A DNA stretch of 64,000 nucleotides from Ruminococcaceae bacterium UBA1741 (GTDB taxonomy: Bacteria > Bacillota > Clostridia > Oscillospirales > Acutalibacteraceae), in assembly GCA_002315685.1 (NCBI GenBank), contig DCHX01000029.1:16701-80700 (forward strand), given 5' to 3'. Shown piece after piece: positions 9,409 to 18,876 of the stretch (its first letter is position 1; the number at the start of each line of letters is the position of its first letter). Made by a program: the position numbers and the translations under genes. Under the pieces are notes generated by a model. That model did not search any database. It was given only the letters and a program-made list of their open reading frames with translations, and was not told the origin of the DNA.

Positions 9409-9879
9409 GTGGTATTTTTGAAGTTTTCGTTTATTGTTTCAAGAAAATTTTTAATTGCTTTATTTTGCTTTATTTTGCTTTCGTTTTTGATTTTCTCGAC
9501 CTTTTGCGAGGCCGAAAATATTGAGAAAAACGGCGACACATTTTTGAAAAGACAAACCTTTTTGAAAGAATTGGGCTGTATAATTGATGAAAACGAATGG
9601 ACAAAAAAACAAGTTGCTATTCCTGTCGAATTTTCGTTGGTTTATGAAAACTATAACGAAATTCAAAAAAAGGCAAATTACGATTTATCACGATACAAAG
9701 GCGAAAAATGCACACTTTATTCTTATAGAGTTAAGGAATATGCCGATTTTGATAAAGATACTTATGCTTATGCAAATTTACTAATTTACAAAGGAAGAAT
9801 TATAGGCGGCGACATTTCTTCTACTGCTATTGACGGAAAAATGTATCCGCTGAAAAGTTATGGAAAAACAAAGACTTGA
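9409..9879 (+). CDS. Membrane-anchored or secreted small protein, probable DUF4830 family
   Basis: N-terminal hydrophobic segment, then a pattern I associate with DUF4830 (IPVEF..VYENYNEIQKKANYDLSRYKGEKCTLYSYRV...IGGDIS). The GTG start is uncertain. Confidence 0.55.
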   Translation: MVFLKFSFIVSRKFLIALFCFILLSFLIFSTFCEAENIEKNGDTFLKRQTFLKELGCIIDENEWTKKQVAIPVEFSLVYENYNEIQKKANYDLSRYKGEKCTLYSYRVKEYADFDKDTYAYANLLIYKGRIIGGDISSTAIDGKMYPLKSYGKTKT

Positions 9880-10567
9880 TAAATTTATTTCCAATCAATT
9901 AGGACTTGCGAGAAATTTGGCTAAAACCCAAATTCATCGCGGTAAAGTAACGCTTGACGGCGAAATTGTCCGAGACCCGTCAAAAATATTTGATGCCGAA
10001 ACGGGCAAAGTAACATATAAGGGCGAACCTGTAAGTTACCGAAAATATCTTTATATTTTAATGAATAAGCCGAAAGGCTGTTTGAGTGCTACCGAGGACA
10101 AGCGTAAAGAAACCGTGCTTGATTTGATTCCCGAAAATATGAAAAGAAACGGACTTTTTCCTGTCGGCAGGCTTGATAAGGATACAACGGGACTTTTGAT
10201 TATTACCGATGACGGAGATTTTGCGCATAAATGTATTTCGCCTTCTAAAAACATCAGCAAAACATATATTGCGACACTTGACGGCGAACTTAAAGAAGAT
10301 ATGATAGATGTTTTTGAAAAAGGTGTAACCCTTGCGGACGGTACCCTTTGCAAGCCTGCAAAGCTTACGATTCTCGATAAAAATATCGCCGAGCTTACGA
10401 TTTATGAAGGTAAATATCACCAAATAAAGCGAATGTTCGGCACATTGGGGCTTGGAGTTAATGAGCTTAACCGAAAGAGTATCGGTGCATTGGAGCTTCC
10501 GAAAGACCTAAAACAAGGGGATTGTACAATTTTAAGCGAAGAAGATTTAGCACTAATATATGAGTAA
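9860..10567 (+). CDS. rsuA: RsuA/RluB-family rRNA pseudouridine synthase
   Basis: S4-like N-terminus (RLDKFISNQLGLARNLAK) and the catalytic GRLDKDTTGLLIITDDG motif. Confidence 0.85.
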   Translation: MEKQRLDKFISNQLGLARNLAKTQIHRGKVTLDGEIVRDPSKIFDAETGKVTYKGEPVSYRKYLYILMNKPKGCLSATEDKRKETVLDLIPENMKRNGLFPVGRLDKDTTGLLIITDDGDFAHKCISPSKNISKTYIATLDGELKEDMIDVFEKGVTLADGTLCKPAKLTILDKNIAELTIYEGKYHQIKRMFGTLGLGVNELNRKSIGALELPKDLKQGDCTILSEEDLALIYE

Positions 10568-10636
10568 ATATACAATTTAGACAAATTAGATAATGCAACA
10601 TTGTAACAATTATTTATAGATTTTTTCGATAAAAAT

Positions 10637-10645
10637 TGCTATAAT
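10637..10645 (+). promoter_or_regulatory. Extended -10 promoter element (TGcTATAAT) upstream of the ABC ATPase gene
   Basis: TGCTATAAT at 10637-10645. No good -35 element was seen. Confidence 0.45.
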
Positions 10646-10701
10646 AACTGTGTAATATGTATGCGTGCGCGCTATAAGCGCCCGATATGGAGGTATTTTT
10701 A

Positions 10702-11844
10702 ATGGCAAGTTTATCACTTCGTAACGTATACAAGAGATATCCTGGCGGCGTTACTGCCGTTTCTGACTTTAACCTTGAAATCAAGGACAAGGAATTTATT
10801 ATTCTTGTAGGACCTTCTGGTTGCGGTAAATCTACAACTCTCAGAATGGTTGCGGGTCTTGAAGAAATTTCTGACGGTGAAGTTTATATCGGAGATCGTC
10901 TTGTAAATGATGTTGCACCGAAAGACCGTGATATTGCGATGGTTTTCCAAAACTATGCGCTTTATCCGCATATGACTGTATATGATAATATGGCATTCGG
11001 TCTTAAACTTCGTAAGACATCTAAGGATGAAATTAAGAGAAGAGTAGAAGAAGCTGCTCGTATTCTTGATATTGAGCATTTGCTTGAACGCAAGCCGAAG
11101 GCTTTGTCCGGCGGTCAGCGTCAGCGTGTTGCACTCGGTCGTGCTATCGTTCGTGAGCCAAAGGTATTCTTACTTGACGAACCTTTGTCAAACCTCGATG
11201 CTAAACTTCGTGCTCAAATGCGTACCGAGATTTCGAAGATTCACCAACGCTTGGGTACTACATTTATCTATGTAACCCACGACCAGACCGAAGCTATGAC
11301 AATGGGTACTCGTATCGTTGTTATGAAGAGCGGTCTTATTCAACAGGTTGATACTCCTCAAAATCTTTATCTTTATCCTTGCAACCTTTTCGTTGCCGGA
11401 TTTATCGGTTCTCCTCAAATGAACTTTATTGATGCTGTTCTTCTTAAAGAAGGCAACGATTTCTTTGTTGAGTACGGTACTGAGGATACAAAGACCCGTG
11501 CAGGTGTTAAATACAAAATTAAGCTTCCTGCAAGCAAAAATAAGGACGATTGTCTTGTTCCTTATATCGGCAAGGAAATTATTATGGGTATCCGTCCTGA
11601 GGCTGTTCATGATGAGCCTGAGCTTATCGCTGCTAACCCGGACGGTAAGGTTGAGGCTAAGGTTGAAGTTACCGAACTTATGGGTGCTGAAACCTACCTT
11701 TATATGAACAGTGAGGAACAGTCTATCAATGCTCGTGTTGCTCCTACATCAAGCGCAAAGCCGGGCGATGTTATCACTATCGCATTTGAAACCGAAAAGA
11801 TTCACTTGTTCGATAAGGATACTGAAATCACTATCACTAACTGA
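10702..11844 (+). CDS. msmX: Sugar-type ABC transporter ATP-binding protein (MsmX/MalK/UgpC-like), with no adjacent permease
   Basis: Walker A GPSGCGKST, signature LSGGQRQRVALGRA, Walker B VFLLDEPLSNLD, and a MalK-like C-terminal regulatory domain. Start at the ATG at 10702 (GGAGG 7 nt upstream). Confidence 0.85.
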   Translation: MASLSLRNVYKRYPGGVTAVSDFNLEIKDKEFIILVGPSGCGKSTTLRMVAGLEEISDGEVYIGDRLVNDVAPKDRDIAMVFQNYALYPHMTVYDNMAFGLKLRKTSKDEIKRRVEEAARILDIEHLLERKPKALSGGQRQRVALGRAIVREPKVFLLDEPLSNLDAKLRAQMRTEISKIHQRLGTTFIYVTHDQTEAMTMGTRIVVMKSGLIQQVDTPQNLYLYPCNLFVAGFIGSPQMNFIDAVLLKEGNDFFVEYGTEDTKTRAGVKYKIKLPASKNKDDCLVPYIGKEIIMGIRPEAVHDEPELIAANPDGKVEAKVEVTELMGAETYLYMNSEEQSINARVAPTSSAKPGDVITIAFETEKIHLFDKDTEITITN

Positions 11845-11857
11845 TAAAGTTGAATTA

Positions 11858-11887
11858 AATCCGTGCCGAATGGCACGGATTTTTTTA
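11858..11887 (+). terminator. Intrinsic terminator after the ABC ATPase gene
   Basis: AATCCGTGCC pairs with GGCACGGATT, followed by a T-run. Confidence 0.85.
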
Positions 11888-11889
11888 TG

Positions 11890-11918
11890 TTGCAAAAAAC
11901 TATAAAAAATAGTATAAT
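11890..11918 (+). promoter_or_regulatory. Sigma-70-type promoter upstream of the tepA-like gene
   Basis: TTGCAA (11890-11895), 17-nt spacer, TATAAT (11913-11918). Confidence 0.6.
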
Positions 11919-11970
11919 CAATATGTATCTTTATATCTTTCTATCAAATACTATATGTGGAGGGAAAGAT

Positions 11971-12648
11971 ATGAACGATGTAGAAAAAAACGAAAAAAAT
12001 GAAAACGAAGAAATCGACGATATTAAGGAATACGGTATTACAAAGCTTGACGGTAAGAACAATATATATTGCCTTACTATAATCGGTGAAATTGAAGGAC
12101 ATAATGTTTTGCCCGAACAAAACAAAACCACAAAATACGAGCATATTATTCCGAAGCTTGTGGCGATTGAGCAAAGTCCCGAGATTGACGGGTTGTTGAT
12201 AATTCTTAATACTGTCGGCGGCGATGTTGAAGCAGGTCTTGCTATTGCCGAGCTTATATCGGGAATGGAAAAGCCTACTGTTACCTATGTTTTAGGCGGA
12301 GGACATTCTATTGGTGTACCATTGGCGGTTGCGGCGAAGAGGTCGTTTATTGCACCTTCGGCTACTATGACTATCCACCCGGTTAGGATGAACGGACTTG
12401 TAATCGGCGTTCCGCAAATGATGAATCATTTTTCTCGTATGCAAGAAAGAATAACCGATTTTGTGGCGAGAAATTCTAATATTTCAGCCGAAAGATTTAC
12501 CGAGCTTATGATGAATACCGGCGAGCTTGTAACCGATGTCGGCTCTGTTCTTTGCGGTGAAAAAGCTGTAAGTGAGGGACTTATTGATGAGCTTGGCAGT
12601 TTGGCGCAGGTCATAAAAAGTCTTGATAATATGATAGAAAAAAATTAA
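11971..12648 (+). CDS. tepA: ClpP-family serine protease, TepA-like
   Basis: ClpP-like core (LNTVGGDVEAG, GGGHSIG with the candidate Ser, TMTIHPV with the candidate His). Synteny matches B. subtilis, where tepA sits directly upstream of ftsK/spoIIIE. Start at the ATG at 11971 (GGAGGG upstream). Confidence 0.75.
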   Translation: MNDVEKNEKNENEEIDDIKEYGITKLDGKNNIYCLTIIGEIEGHNVLPEQNKTTKYEHIIPKLVAIEQSPEIDGLLIILNTVGGDVEAGLAIAELISGMEKPTVTYVLGGGHSIGVPLAVAAKRSFIAPSATMTIHPVRMNGLVIGVPQMMNHFSRMQERITDFVARNSNISAERFTELMMNTGELVTDVGSVLCGEKAVSEGLIDELGSLAQVIKSLDNMIEKN

Positions 12649-12669
12649 GGTTCGGCATCTGCCGAGCCT
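12648..12669 (-). terminator. Hairpin whose U-tract lies on the minus strand (reverse-oriented terminator-like element between two plus-strand genes)
   Basis: AGGTTCGGC pairs with GCCGAGCCT. The plus strand has A-runs on both sides, so only the minus-strand RNA has a 3' U-run. Confidence 0.35.
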
Positions 12670-12690
12670 AAAAAAACAGGGGAGTACATA

Positions 12691-15090
12691 ATGGCAACAA
12701 GAAAAACTTCTTCTAAAAAAGAGGCAAAGAGAGAACCCGTAGTATCAAAACAGTTCAAATCAGTTGTTCTTTTCGGAGCGGCTGTGCTTTGGGCTTGTAT
12801 AGTGTTTATTGACGGACAAAACCTTTGGGAAATAATGCATAATTTTATGTTTAGTCTTTTTGGTATTACGGCATTTTTCTTTCCGTTTGTTTTCGGTGTT
12901 ATTGCCATAATAGTCGGTATAGATAAAAACAAGGACAATTTTAATGCAAAGGTTATTGAAAGCTTGGTGCTTTTATTGTTGCTCGGCGCTTGTATAGATG
13001 TTTTTGCTACAAACGGAAATCTCGTTTCAAGTCAATTCGGGGAGCATTTATTGAATGCTTGGGACGAAGGTAACACGGGCGGACTCAGCGGTGCGTTGAT
13101 AGGCGGTACATTTAATCTTGCCTTCGGTAAAACCGCTGCCGCTATTACTTTGATTTTGCTTATTTTTGTATTTTTGATGATTATTACGGGTACTACACTC
13201 ATTTCTTTATTTAAGACAATGTCAAAGCCTGTTGTAGCCGTTTCAAAACAAGCCGAAAATGCTTATAGAGAACGGGCTGAAAAGGAGAACAGCGAGACTC
13301 CCGAGGACCATAAAAAAGGTCAGCTTAAAATCATTAAAGGCTTTGACGTTGATGTACCTATTGATGACGAAAAGCCGAAAGTAAAGAAAAAGGCAATAGA
13401 GGAAACTATCGGCGAAAAGCAACAAAAGGTTATTGATACATATAACGGCAAGGAATCAGATAGCGGTGCTACCAAAATAGAAGATGCTATTGATTCGGTT
13501 GCAGATGAAGCTGAACTGAAAAAAGAGGAAGAGCAACCTCAAAAAATCACTATTGATTTTGAAAAGGAAACAAACACGGTAGCAAAGGAAATTGAAAACA
13601 ATGAGAGCGTTGTAAGATATAAATACCCCCCTTATGAGCTTCTTAAAAAGACCGATTCAAGTGATGTGAAAGCACTTTCCCGTGAGCTTGATAATACCGC
13701 TGAAAGACTTGTTGAGATTTTAAGAAGCTTTGGTGTTGAAACAAGAGTTCTCGATATAAGCAAGGGCCCTACCGTTACCCGTTATGAGCTTCAACCCTGC
13801 GCCGGTGTTAAAATCAGCAAAATCACGGGACTTGCCGATGATATAGCGCTTAATCTTGCGGCTGCGGGTGTTAGAATTGAGGCCCCTATTCCGAATAAGG
13901 CGGCGGTAGGTATTGAGGTTCCTAATAAGGCGAGTGCTACTGTCGGTGTGCGTGAGATAATCGAATCATCCGCTTTTTCTTCTTCAAAGAGCAAGCTTAC
14001 GGTTGCTATGGGTAGAGATATAGGCGGAAATGTTGTTATTACCGATATTGCTAAAATGCCACACGGACTAATAGCCGGTGCTACCGGCTCGGGTAAATCG
14101 GTATGTATCAACTCTATTATTATGAGTTTACTTTATAAAGCATCTCCCGAAGATGTAAAGCTTCTTATGATAGACCCGAAGGTTGTTGAGCTTGGTGTTT
14201 ATAACGGCATTCCGCATTTGTTGGTGCCCGTAGTTACCGACCCGAGAAAAGCCGCAGGTGCGCTTGGTTGGTCGGTTAGCGAAATGGAAAAACGGTATGC
14301 TATGTTTGCCGATAGGGGTGTTCGTGATATTGAGGGCTACAATAAGCTTGTTGAAACCCTGATAGATGAGCCTGAGGTTACTAAAATGCCTCATATCGTA
14401 ATAATAATTGATGAGCTTGCCGACCTTATGATGACGGCTCCAAGCGAGGTCGAAGACTCGATTAACCGTATCGCCGCAAAGGCGAGAGCCGCAGGTATGC
14501 ATTTGCTTATTGCAACCCAGCGTCCGTCTGTTGATGTTGTAACGGGTGTAATTAAGGCAAATATCCCTACCCGTATTGCTTTTGCCGTTTCTTCGCAGGT
14601 TGACAGCCGTACAATACTTGATGCGGGCGGTGCCGAAAAATTACTCGGTAAGGGCGATATGCTATTCAGTCCGAGTGGCTCTAATAAGCCTAAGCGTGTT
14701 CAAGGCTGTTTCGTTAGCGACAGCGAAGTAGAAAAGGTCGTTTCTTTCGTTAAGAAGAGTGCCGCTGCCGATTATGACGATAATATTATGGTTGAAATCG
14801 AGCGTCAAGCCGCACTTGAAAAGCATAAGAAAACAGGACTTGACGAGGATGCGCCTGATGCTGACCCGATGCTTGAAGATGCAATAAAGGTTGTTGTTGA
14901 GAACGGACAAGCTTCAACTTCGCTTTTGCAGAGAAAGTTAAAGCTCGGATATGCAAGAGCGGCAAGAATTGTTGACGAAATGGAAGCAAGGGGTGTTGTA
15001 GGTCCCTACGAAGGCTCAAAGCCGAGAAAGGTGCTTATTACCAAAGAACAGCTTATGGAACAACAAGCTACATCCTCTGATGATATATGA
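12691..15090 (+). CDS. ftsK: DNA translocase FtsK/SpoIIIE
   Basis: N-terminal TM segments, Walker [19 protein letters not shown], and a C-terminal winged-helix gamma domain ([24 protein letters not shown]). Confidence 0.97.
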   Translation: MATRKTSSKKEAKREPVVSKQFKSVVLFGAAVLWACIVFIDGQNLWEIMHNFMFSLFGITAFFFPFVFGVIAIIVGIDKNKDNFNAKVIESLVLLLLLGACIDVFATNGNLVSSQFGEHLLNAWDEGNTGGLSGALIGGTFNLAFGKTAAAITLILLIFVFLMIITGTTLISLFKTMSKPVVAVSKQAENAYRERAEKENSETPEDHKKGQLKIIKGFDVDVPIDDEKPKVKKKAIEETIGEKQQKVIDTYNGKESDSGATKIEDAIDSVADEAELKKEEEQPQKITIDFEKETNTVAKEIENNESVVRYKYPPYELLKKTDSSDVKALSRELDNTAERLVEILRSFGVETRVLDISKGPTVTRYELQPCAGVKISKITGLADDIALNLAAAGVRIEAPIPNKAAVGIEVPNKASATVGVREIIESSAFSSSKSKLTVAMGRDIGGNVVITDIAKMPHGLIAGATGSGKSVCINSIIMSLLYKASPEDVKLLMIDPKVVELGVYNGIPHLLVPVVTDPRKAAGALGWSVSEMEKRYAMFADRGVRDIEGYNKLVETLIDEPEVTKMPHIVIIIDELADLMMTAPSEVEDSINRIAAKARAAGMHLLIATQRPSVDVVTGVIKANIPTRIAFAVSSQVDSRTILDAGGAEKLLGKGDMLFSPSGSNKPKRVQGCFVSDSEVEKVVSFVKKSAAADYDDNIMVEIERQAALEKHKKTGLDEDAPDADPMLEDAIKVVVENGQASTSLLQRKLKLGYARAARIVDEMEARGVVGPYEGSKPRKVLITKEQLMEQQATSSDDI

Positions 15091-15965
15091 GATTTTCTAA
15101 AAAGAAATTAAGAATAGCGGTTTGTCTTTTATTTGTTTGCTTGGCTTGTTTGGTGATTTTTGTCAAGTTTTCAAACGAAAAGGCAACCCAAACTACGCCC
15201 TTATCAGATGATTATGTTGAGTTTTTAGATGTGGGACAAGGCGACTGCGCTTTAATATCAAGCAACGGTAAGAGCTGTCTTATTGATACGGGTAGTTCAA
15301 ATTCGGCAGGTTCAATAGAAAAGAAACTGAAAAATGAGGGCATTAAAAATATAGATTTAATTTCCATTTCGCATTTTCATATTGACCATACGGGAAGTCT
15401 TTACGATTTGGTTTCAAGCTTTGATGTTAAAAAGCTTATGTTTCCTAACAAGTGCAGCGATACAAACATACCCGAAAAGGTTTTGAGTGCTAAAAACGAT
15501 TGCATAAATAACGGTGGAGAGGTTTATACCGAAAAGGTCGGTATGACTGCCGATGTCGGCGATTTTAAGCTTACCGTGCTTTATTATTCTCCTAATCTAA
15601 ACGGCGAGAATAACCGTTCGGTTTACATTATGGCAAAGATAAACGATATAAAGTTTTTCTTTACGGGCGACGGACAAAAACAAGCCGAAAACGATTTACT
15701 GTCAAAGGGATTTAATCTTGACTGCGATGTCTTAAAGGTTCCGCACCACGGCGGCAGTGCATCTTCAAACGATAATTTTCTTGATGCTACTACTCCCGAA
15801 TATGCGGTGGTGTCTTGTGGCATTGGTAACACCTACGGTCATCCGCATAAGGAAACTATGGATAGGCTCACCGCTCGAAATATTAAAACATACAGAACGG
15901 ATGAAAACGGCGATGTTTCGTTCTTTATTGATGACAATAAACTGTCCGTTACAACCGATAAATAG
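15087..15965 (+). CDS. Membrane-anchored MBL-fold metallo-hydrolase resembling the ComEC C-terminal nuclease domain
   Basis: One N-terminal TM helix, then [14 protein letters not shown], HxHxDH (SHFHIDHTG) and KVPHHGGS motifs. The ATG overlaps the ftsK stop (ATGA). Confidence 0.8.
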   Translation: MRFSKKKLRIAVCLLFVCLACLVIFVKFSNEKATQTTPLSDDYVEFLDVGQGDCALISSNGKSCLIDTGSSNSAGSIEKKLKNEGIKNIDLISISHFHIDHTGSLYDLVSSFDVKKLMFPNKCSDTNIPEKVLSAKNDCINNGGEVYTEKVGMTADVGDFKLTVLYYSPNLNGENNRSVYIMAKINDIKFFFTGDGQKQAENDLLSKGFNLDCDVLKVPHHGGSASSNDNFLDATTPEYAVVSCGIGNTYGHPHKETMDRLTARNIKTYRTDENGDVSFFIDDNKLSVTTDK

Positions 15966-15976
15966 CTGTTTCTACT

Positions 15977-16016
15977 GACAGTAGAGTTGAAATTTTCACT
16001 CTACTGTCTTTTTTTA
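15977..16016 (+). terminator. Intrinsic terminator after the MBL gene
   Basis: GACAGTAGAGT pairs with ACTCTACTGTC (11 bp), followed by TTTTTTT. Confidence 0.9.
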
Positions 16017-16119
16017 TTGTGTAGAATTAAATTTGCAAGCAGTAGGTTTTCTAAAAGTTTTGGTTATGATATTATTGTTACGGCAATTAAGCTTAAACTT
16101 AAATATTAGGAGAAAACTT

Positions 16120-17007
16120 ATGCAAGACTACATTATTTCCTGCGAATCGACAACCGATATGCCATACGGCTATTTTGAAAAAAGGGAAATACCTGTTATT
16201 TTCTATAAATATACAATCGGAGAAAACGAATATGAAGATAATATGGAGAGGGATAAAGCTCAACAAAAATTCTTCTATGACAGCTTGGATAGCGGCTTGT
16301 TGCCCCATACCTCCCAAATCAATGAATATAGATACTTTGAATATTTTGAAGGGCTTTTGAAAACTAATCAACAAATACTTCATATTGCATTCGGTTCCGG
16401 TATGACACCTTCGGTATTAAATGCTCAAAGGGTTGCAAAAAACCTAAACGAAAGAGAGGGCAAAGAAAGAATAATCGTTATTGATTCGCTTTGTTCTTCT
16501 TCGGGATACGGAATGTTGGTTTCTATTGCGAATGATATGAAACAAAAAAACGAAGATATTAAAACCGTAGCCGATTATATTCAAAAAATAAGAAATAAAA
16601 TACATCATCAATTCTATTCGAGCGATATGAAATTTTTTAAGCGCTCGGGCAGAGTGTCGGGTGTTACCGCAACTATTGCTACCGTGCTTGGAATTTGCCC
16701 TATAATGCGTCTTAACTGCGATGGTAAAATAATTGCGTACGATAAGGAAAGAGGCAAGGCTAACGCAATTAAGCGAACAATAAACGAAATGCTTAAACAC
16801 TGCGAAAACGGGAAAAATTATGATAATAAATGCTTTATAAGTCATTCGGCTTGTTTAGAAGATGCGAAGCTCTTAAAATCACAAATTGAAAAAATCTTTC
16901 CAAAACTAAAAGGAAAGATAGAAATATACACTATCGGTAATATAGTAACCTCACATTGCGGAAAGGGTACGGTTGCGATTTATTTTATAGGCGACGAGAG
17001 AAAATAA
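16120..17007 (+). CDS. degV: DegV-family fatty-acid-binding protein
   Basis: DegV-like length and pattern (IISCESTTDMP, TSQ, SSGYG). Start at the ATG at 16120 after AGGAGAA. The ORF-track start at 16033 is an upstream extension. Confidence 0.85.
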   Translation: MQDYIISCESTTDMPYGYFEKREIPVIFYKYTIGENEYEDNMERDKAQQKFFYDSLDSGLLPHTSQINEYRYFEYFEGLLKTNQQILHIAFGSGMTPSVLNAQRVAKNLNEREGKERIIVIDSLCSSSGYGMLVSIANDMKQKNEDIKTVADYIQKIRNKIHHQFYSSDMKFFKRSGRVSGVTATIATVLGICPIMRLNCDGKIIAYDKERGKANAIKRTINEMLKHCENGKNYDNKCFISHSACLEDAKLLKSQIEKIFPKLKGKIEIYTIGNIVTSHCGKGTVAIYFIGDERK

Positions 17008-17056
17008 AAAAAGCTACGAAATTGTGCTTAAACAAACACGGTTTCGTAGCTTTTAC
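17008..17056. terminator. Bidirectional terminator between convergent degV and aspS
   Basis: AAGCTACGAAA pairs with TTTCGTAGCTT (11 bp), flanked by an A-run upstream and a T-run downstream. Confidence 0.75.
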
Positions 17057-17064
17057 TTTGCATA

Positions 17065-18861
17065 TTATTCGTTCGGCAACTCTTTTACGGAGATTGCTAA
17101 ATCATCAAGCTGTTTTGTATCAACATTAGCGGGAGCACCCGACATAAGCTCACTTGAATTTGCGACCTTCGGGAATGCGATAACATCACGAATAGACTCC
17201 GCATTGCACATAAGCATACAAAGTCGGTCAAGTCCTATTCCCATACCGCCGTGAGGAGGAGCGCCGTACTTAAATGCACCGGTAAGGAATCCGAACTTTT
17301 GCTCTGCCTCTTCGTCCGAAAGTCCCAAAGCTCTGAACATATGTGCTTGAAGCTCGGGGTCGGTAATACGGATAGAACCGCTTGAAAGCTCAATACCGTT
17401 AAGCACCAAGTCATAAGCGTTTGCAAATACTTTCTCAGGGTCGCTGTCAAGATAAGGAATACACTCGTCAAGCGGAGAGGTAAACGGGTGGTGCATAGCA
17501 TCATAGCTGTTTGTTTCCTCGTTATATTCAAAGAACGGAAATTCGGTAATCCATAGGAAATTATACTGTTTAGGAATAATGTTCAATCGCTTTGCAACAG
17601 TTAAACGAAGTGCGCCCAATACCGACAAAGCAATATTCTTTTTATCGGCAACGATTAAAGCAACATCGCCTTTTTTAAGTCCTAATCGGTCAAAAATAGC
17701 CTTCATTTCGTCAGAAGTCATAAACTTTGCGAATGAACAGGTAGGCTCATCATCAACCCAACGGATAAAGGCAAGACCTTTGGCACCGATTCCTTTTGCT
17801 TCCTCGGTTAATTTGTCGATTTCTTTTCTTGTATATACATCACAGGCATTTTGAGCATTGATAGCACGAACGGTACCGCCGTTTTTAATTGTATCGGCAA
17901 AAACACCGAAGCCACAGTTTTCTACAATATCGGAAATATCCTTAATTGTCATTTCAAAGCGGGTATCGGGCTTGTCGGAGCCGTAATTGTTCATAGCGTC
18001 GGTGTATTTAAGGCGGGGGAAAGGAGTTTTAATGTCCTCGCCTAATACCTCCTTAAACAAACGCTTCATATAGCCTTCCGCAATAGTGAAAACATCTTCC
18101 TTATCAATAAAGGACATTTCAAGGTCAATTTGCGTAAACTCGGGTTGTCTGTCAGCACGAAGGTCCTCATCACGATAGCAACGGGCAATCTGCATATAGC
18201 GGTCAAATCCCGAAAGCATAAGCAACTGCTTATACATTTGAGGCGACTGAGGAAGAGCAAAAAAACTACCCTTATGAATACGGGACGGAACAAGATAATC
18301 ACGGGCACCCTCAGGTGTTGATTTAATAAGGGTTGGTGTTTCGATTTCAATGAATCCGTTTTCATCAAAATAGTCGCGTGTAACCTTTGTGATGCGGTGG
18401 CGCATAAGAATATTATCTTTAAGCGGTGTGCGCCTTAAATCAAGATAACGGTATTTGAGTCTTAATTCTTCATTAGCGTTACTGTCGGGAAGAATCTCAA
18501 AGGGAGGTGTAAGGGCTTTGCCTAAAATTTTAAGCTCTTTTACCTCAATTTCAATATCGCCTGTTTTAATTTCGGTATTAACCGAAGAACGCATACGAAC
18601 TTCGCCCTTTGCCATTAAAACAAACTCACTGCGAACTTCAAAAGCCTTGTCGAATACGGCCTTTTCGGTAGTGTCGTCAAAAGCCAACTGAACAATACCG
18701 CTTCTGTCGCGCAAATCAATAAAAATCAGTCCGCCTAAATCACGCTGTCTTTGTACCCAACCGCAAACAACTACGGTTTTGCCAATATCGGATTTTGTAA
18801 GTGTACCGCAATAATCGGTACGCTTCATTCCATTCATTCTGTCAAGTTTCAAAAGAAACAC
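17065..18861 (-). CDS. aspS: Aspartyl-tRNA synthetase
   Basis: OB-fold N-terminus (KRTDYCG), class II motifs, GGMGIGLDRL. The start is uncertain, and in-frame GTG 18861, TTG 18852 and ATG 18837/18828 are all possible. Confidence 0.95.
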   Translation of the reverse strand: MFLLKLDRMNGMKRTDYCGTLTKSDIGKTVVVCGWVQRQRDLGGLIFIDLRDRSGIVQLAFDDTTEKAVFDKAFEVRSEFVLMAKGEVRMRSSVNTEIKTGDIEIEVKELKILGKALTPPFEILPDSNANEELRLKYRYLDLRRTPLKDNILMRHRITKVTRDYFDENGFIEIETPTLIKSTPEGARDYLVPSRIHKGSFFALPQSPQMYKQLLMLSGFDRYMQIARCYRDEDLRADRQPEFTQIDLEMSFIDKEDVFTIAEGYMKRLFKEVLGEDIKTPFPRLKYTDAMNNYGSDKPDTRFEMTIKDISDIVENCGFGVFADTIKNGGTVRAINAQNACDVYTRKEIDKLTEEAKGIGAKGLAFIRWVDDEPTCSFAKFMTSDEMKAIFDRLGLKKGDVALIVADKKNIALSVLGALRLTVAKRLNIIPKQYNFLWITEFPFFEYNEETNSYDAMHHPFTSPLDECIPYLDSDPEKVFANAYDLVLNGIELSSGSIRITDPELQAHMFRALGLSDEEAEQKFGFLTGAFKYGAPPHGGMGIGLDRLCMLMCNAESIRDVIAFPKVANSSELMSGAPANVDTKQLDDLAISVKELPNE

Positions 18862-18876
18862 CTCTAAATATAAATA

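Noticed and set aside
11863-11970. N-terminal extension of the tepA-like ORF, with similar upstream extensions for degV (16033-16119) and the aminotransferase (57256-57303)
   Set aside because: Each extension crosses a terminator and/or promoter and lacks an RBS. Internal starts with Shine-Dalgarno sequences give homologue-like N-termini.
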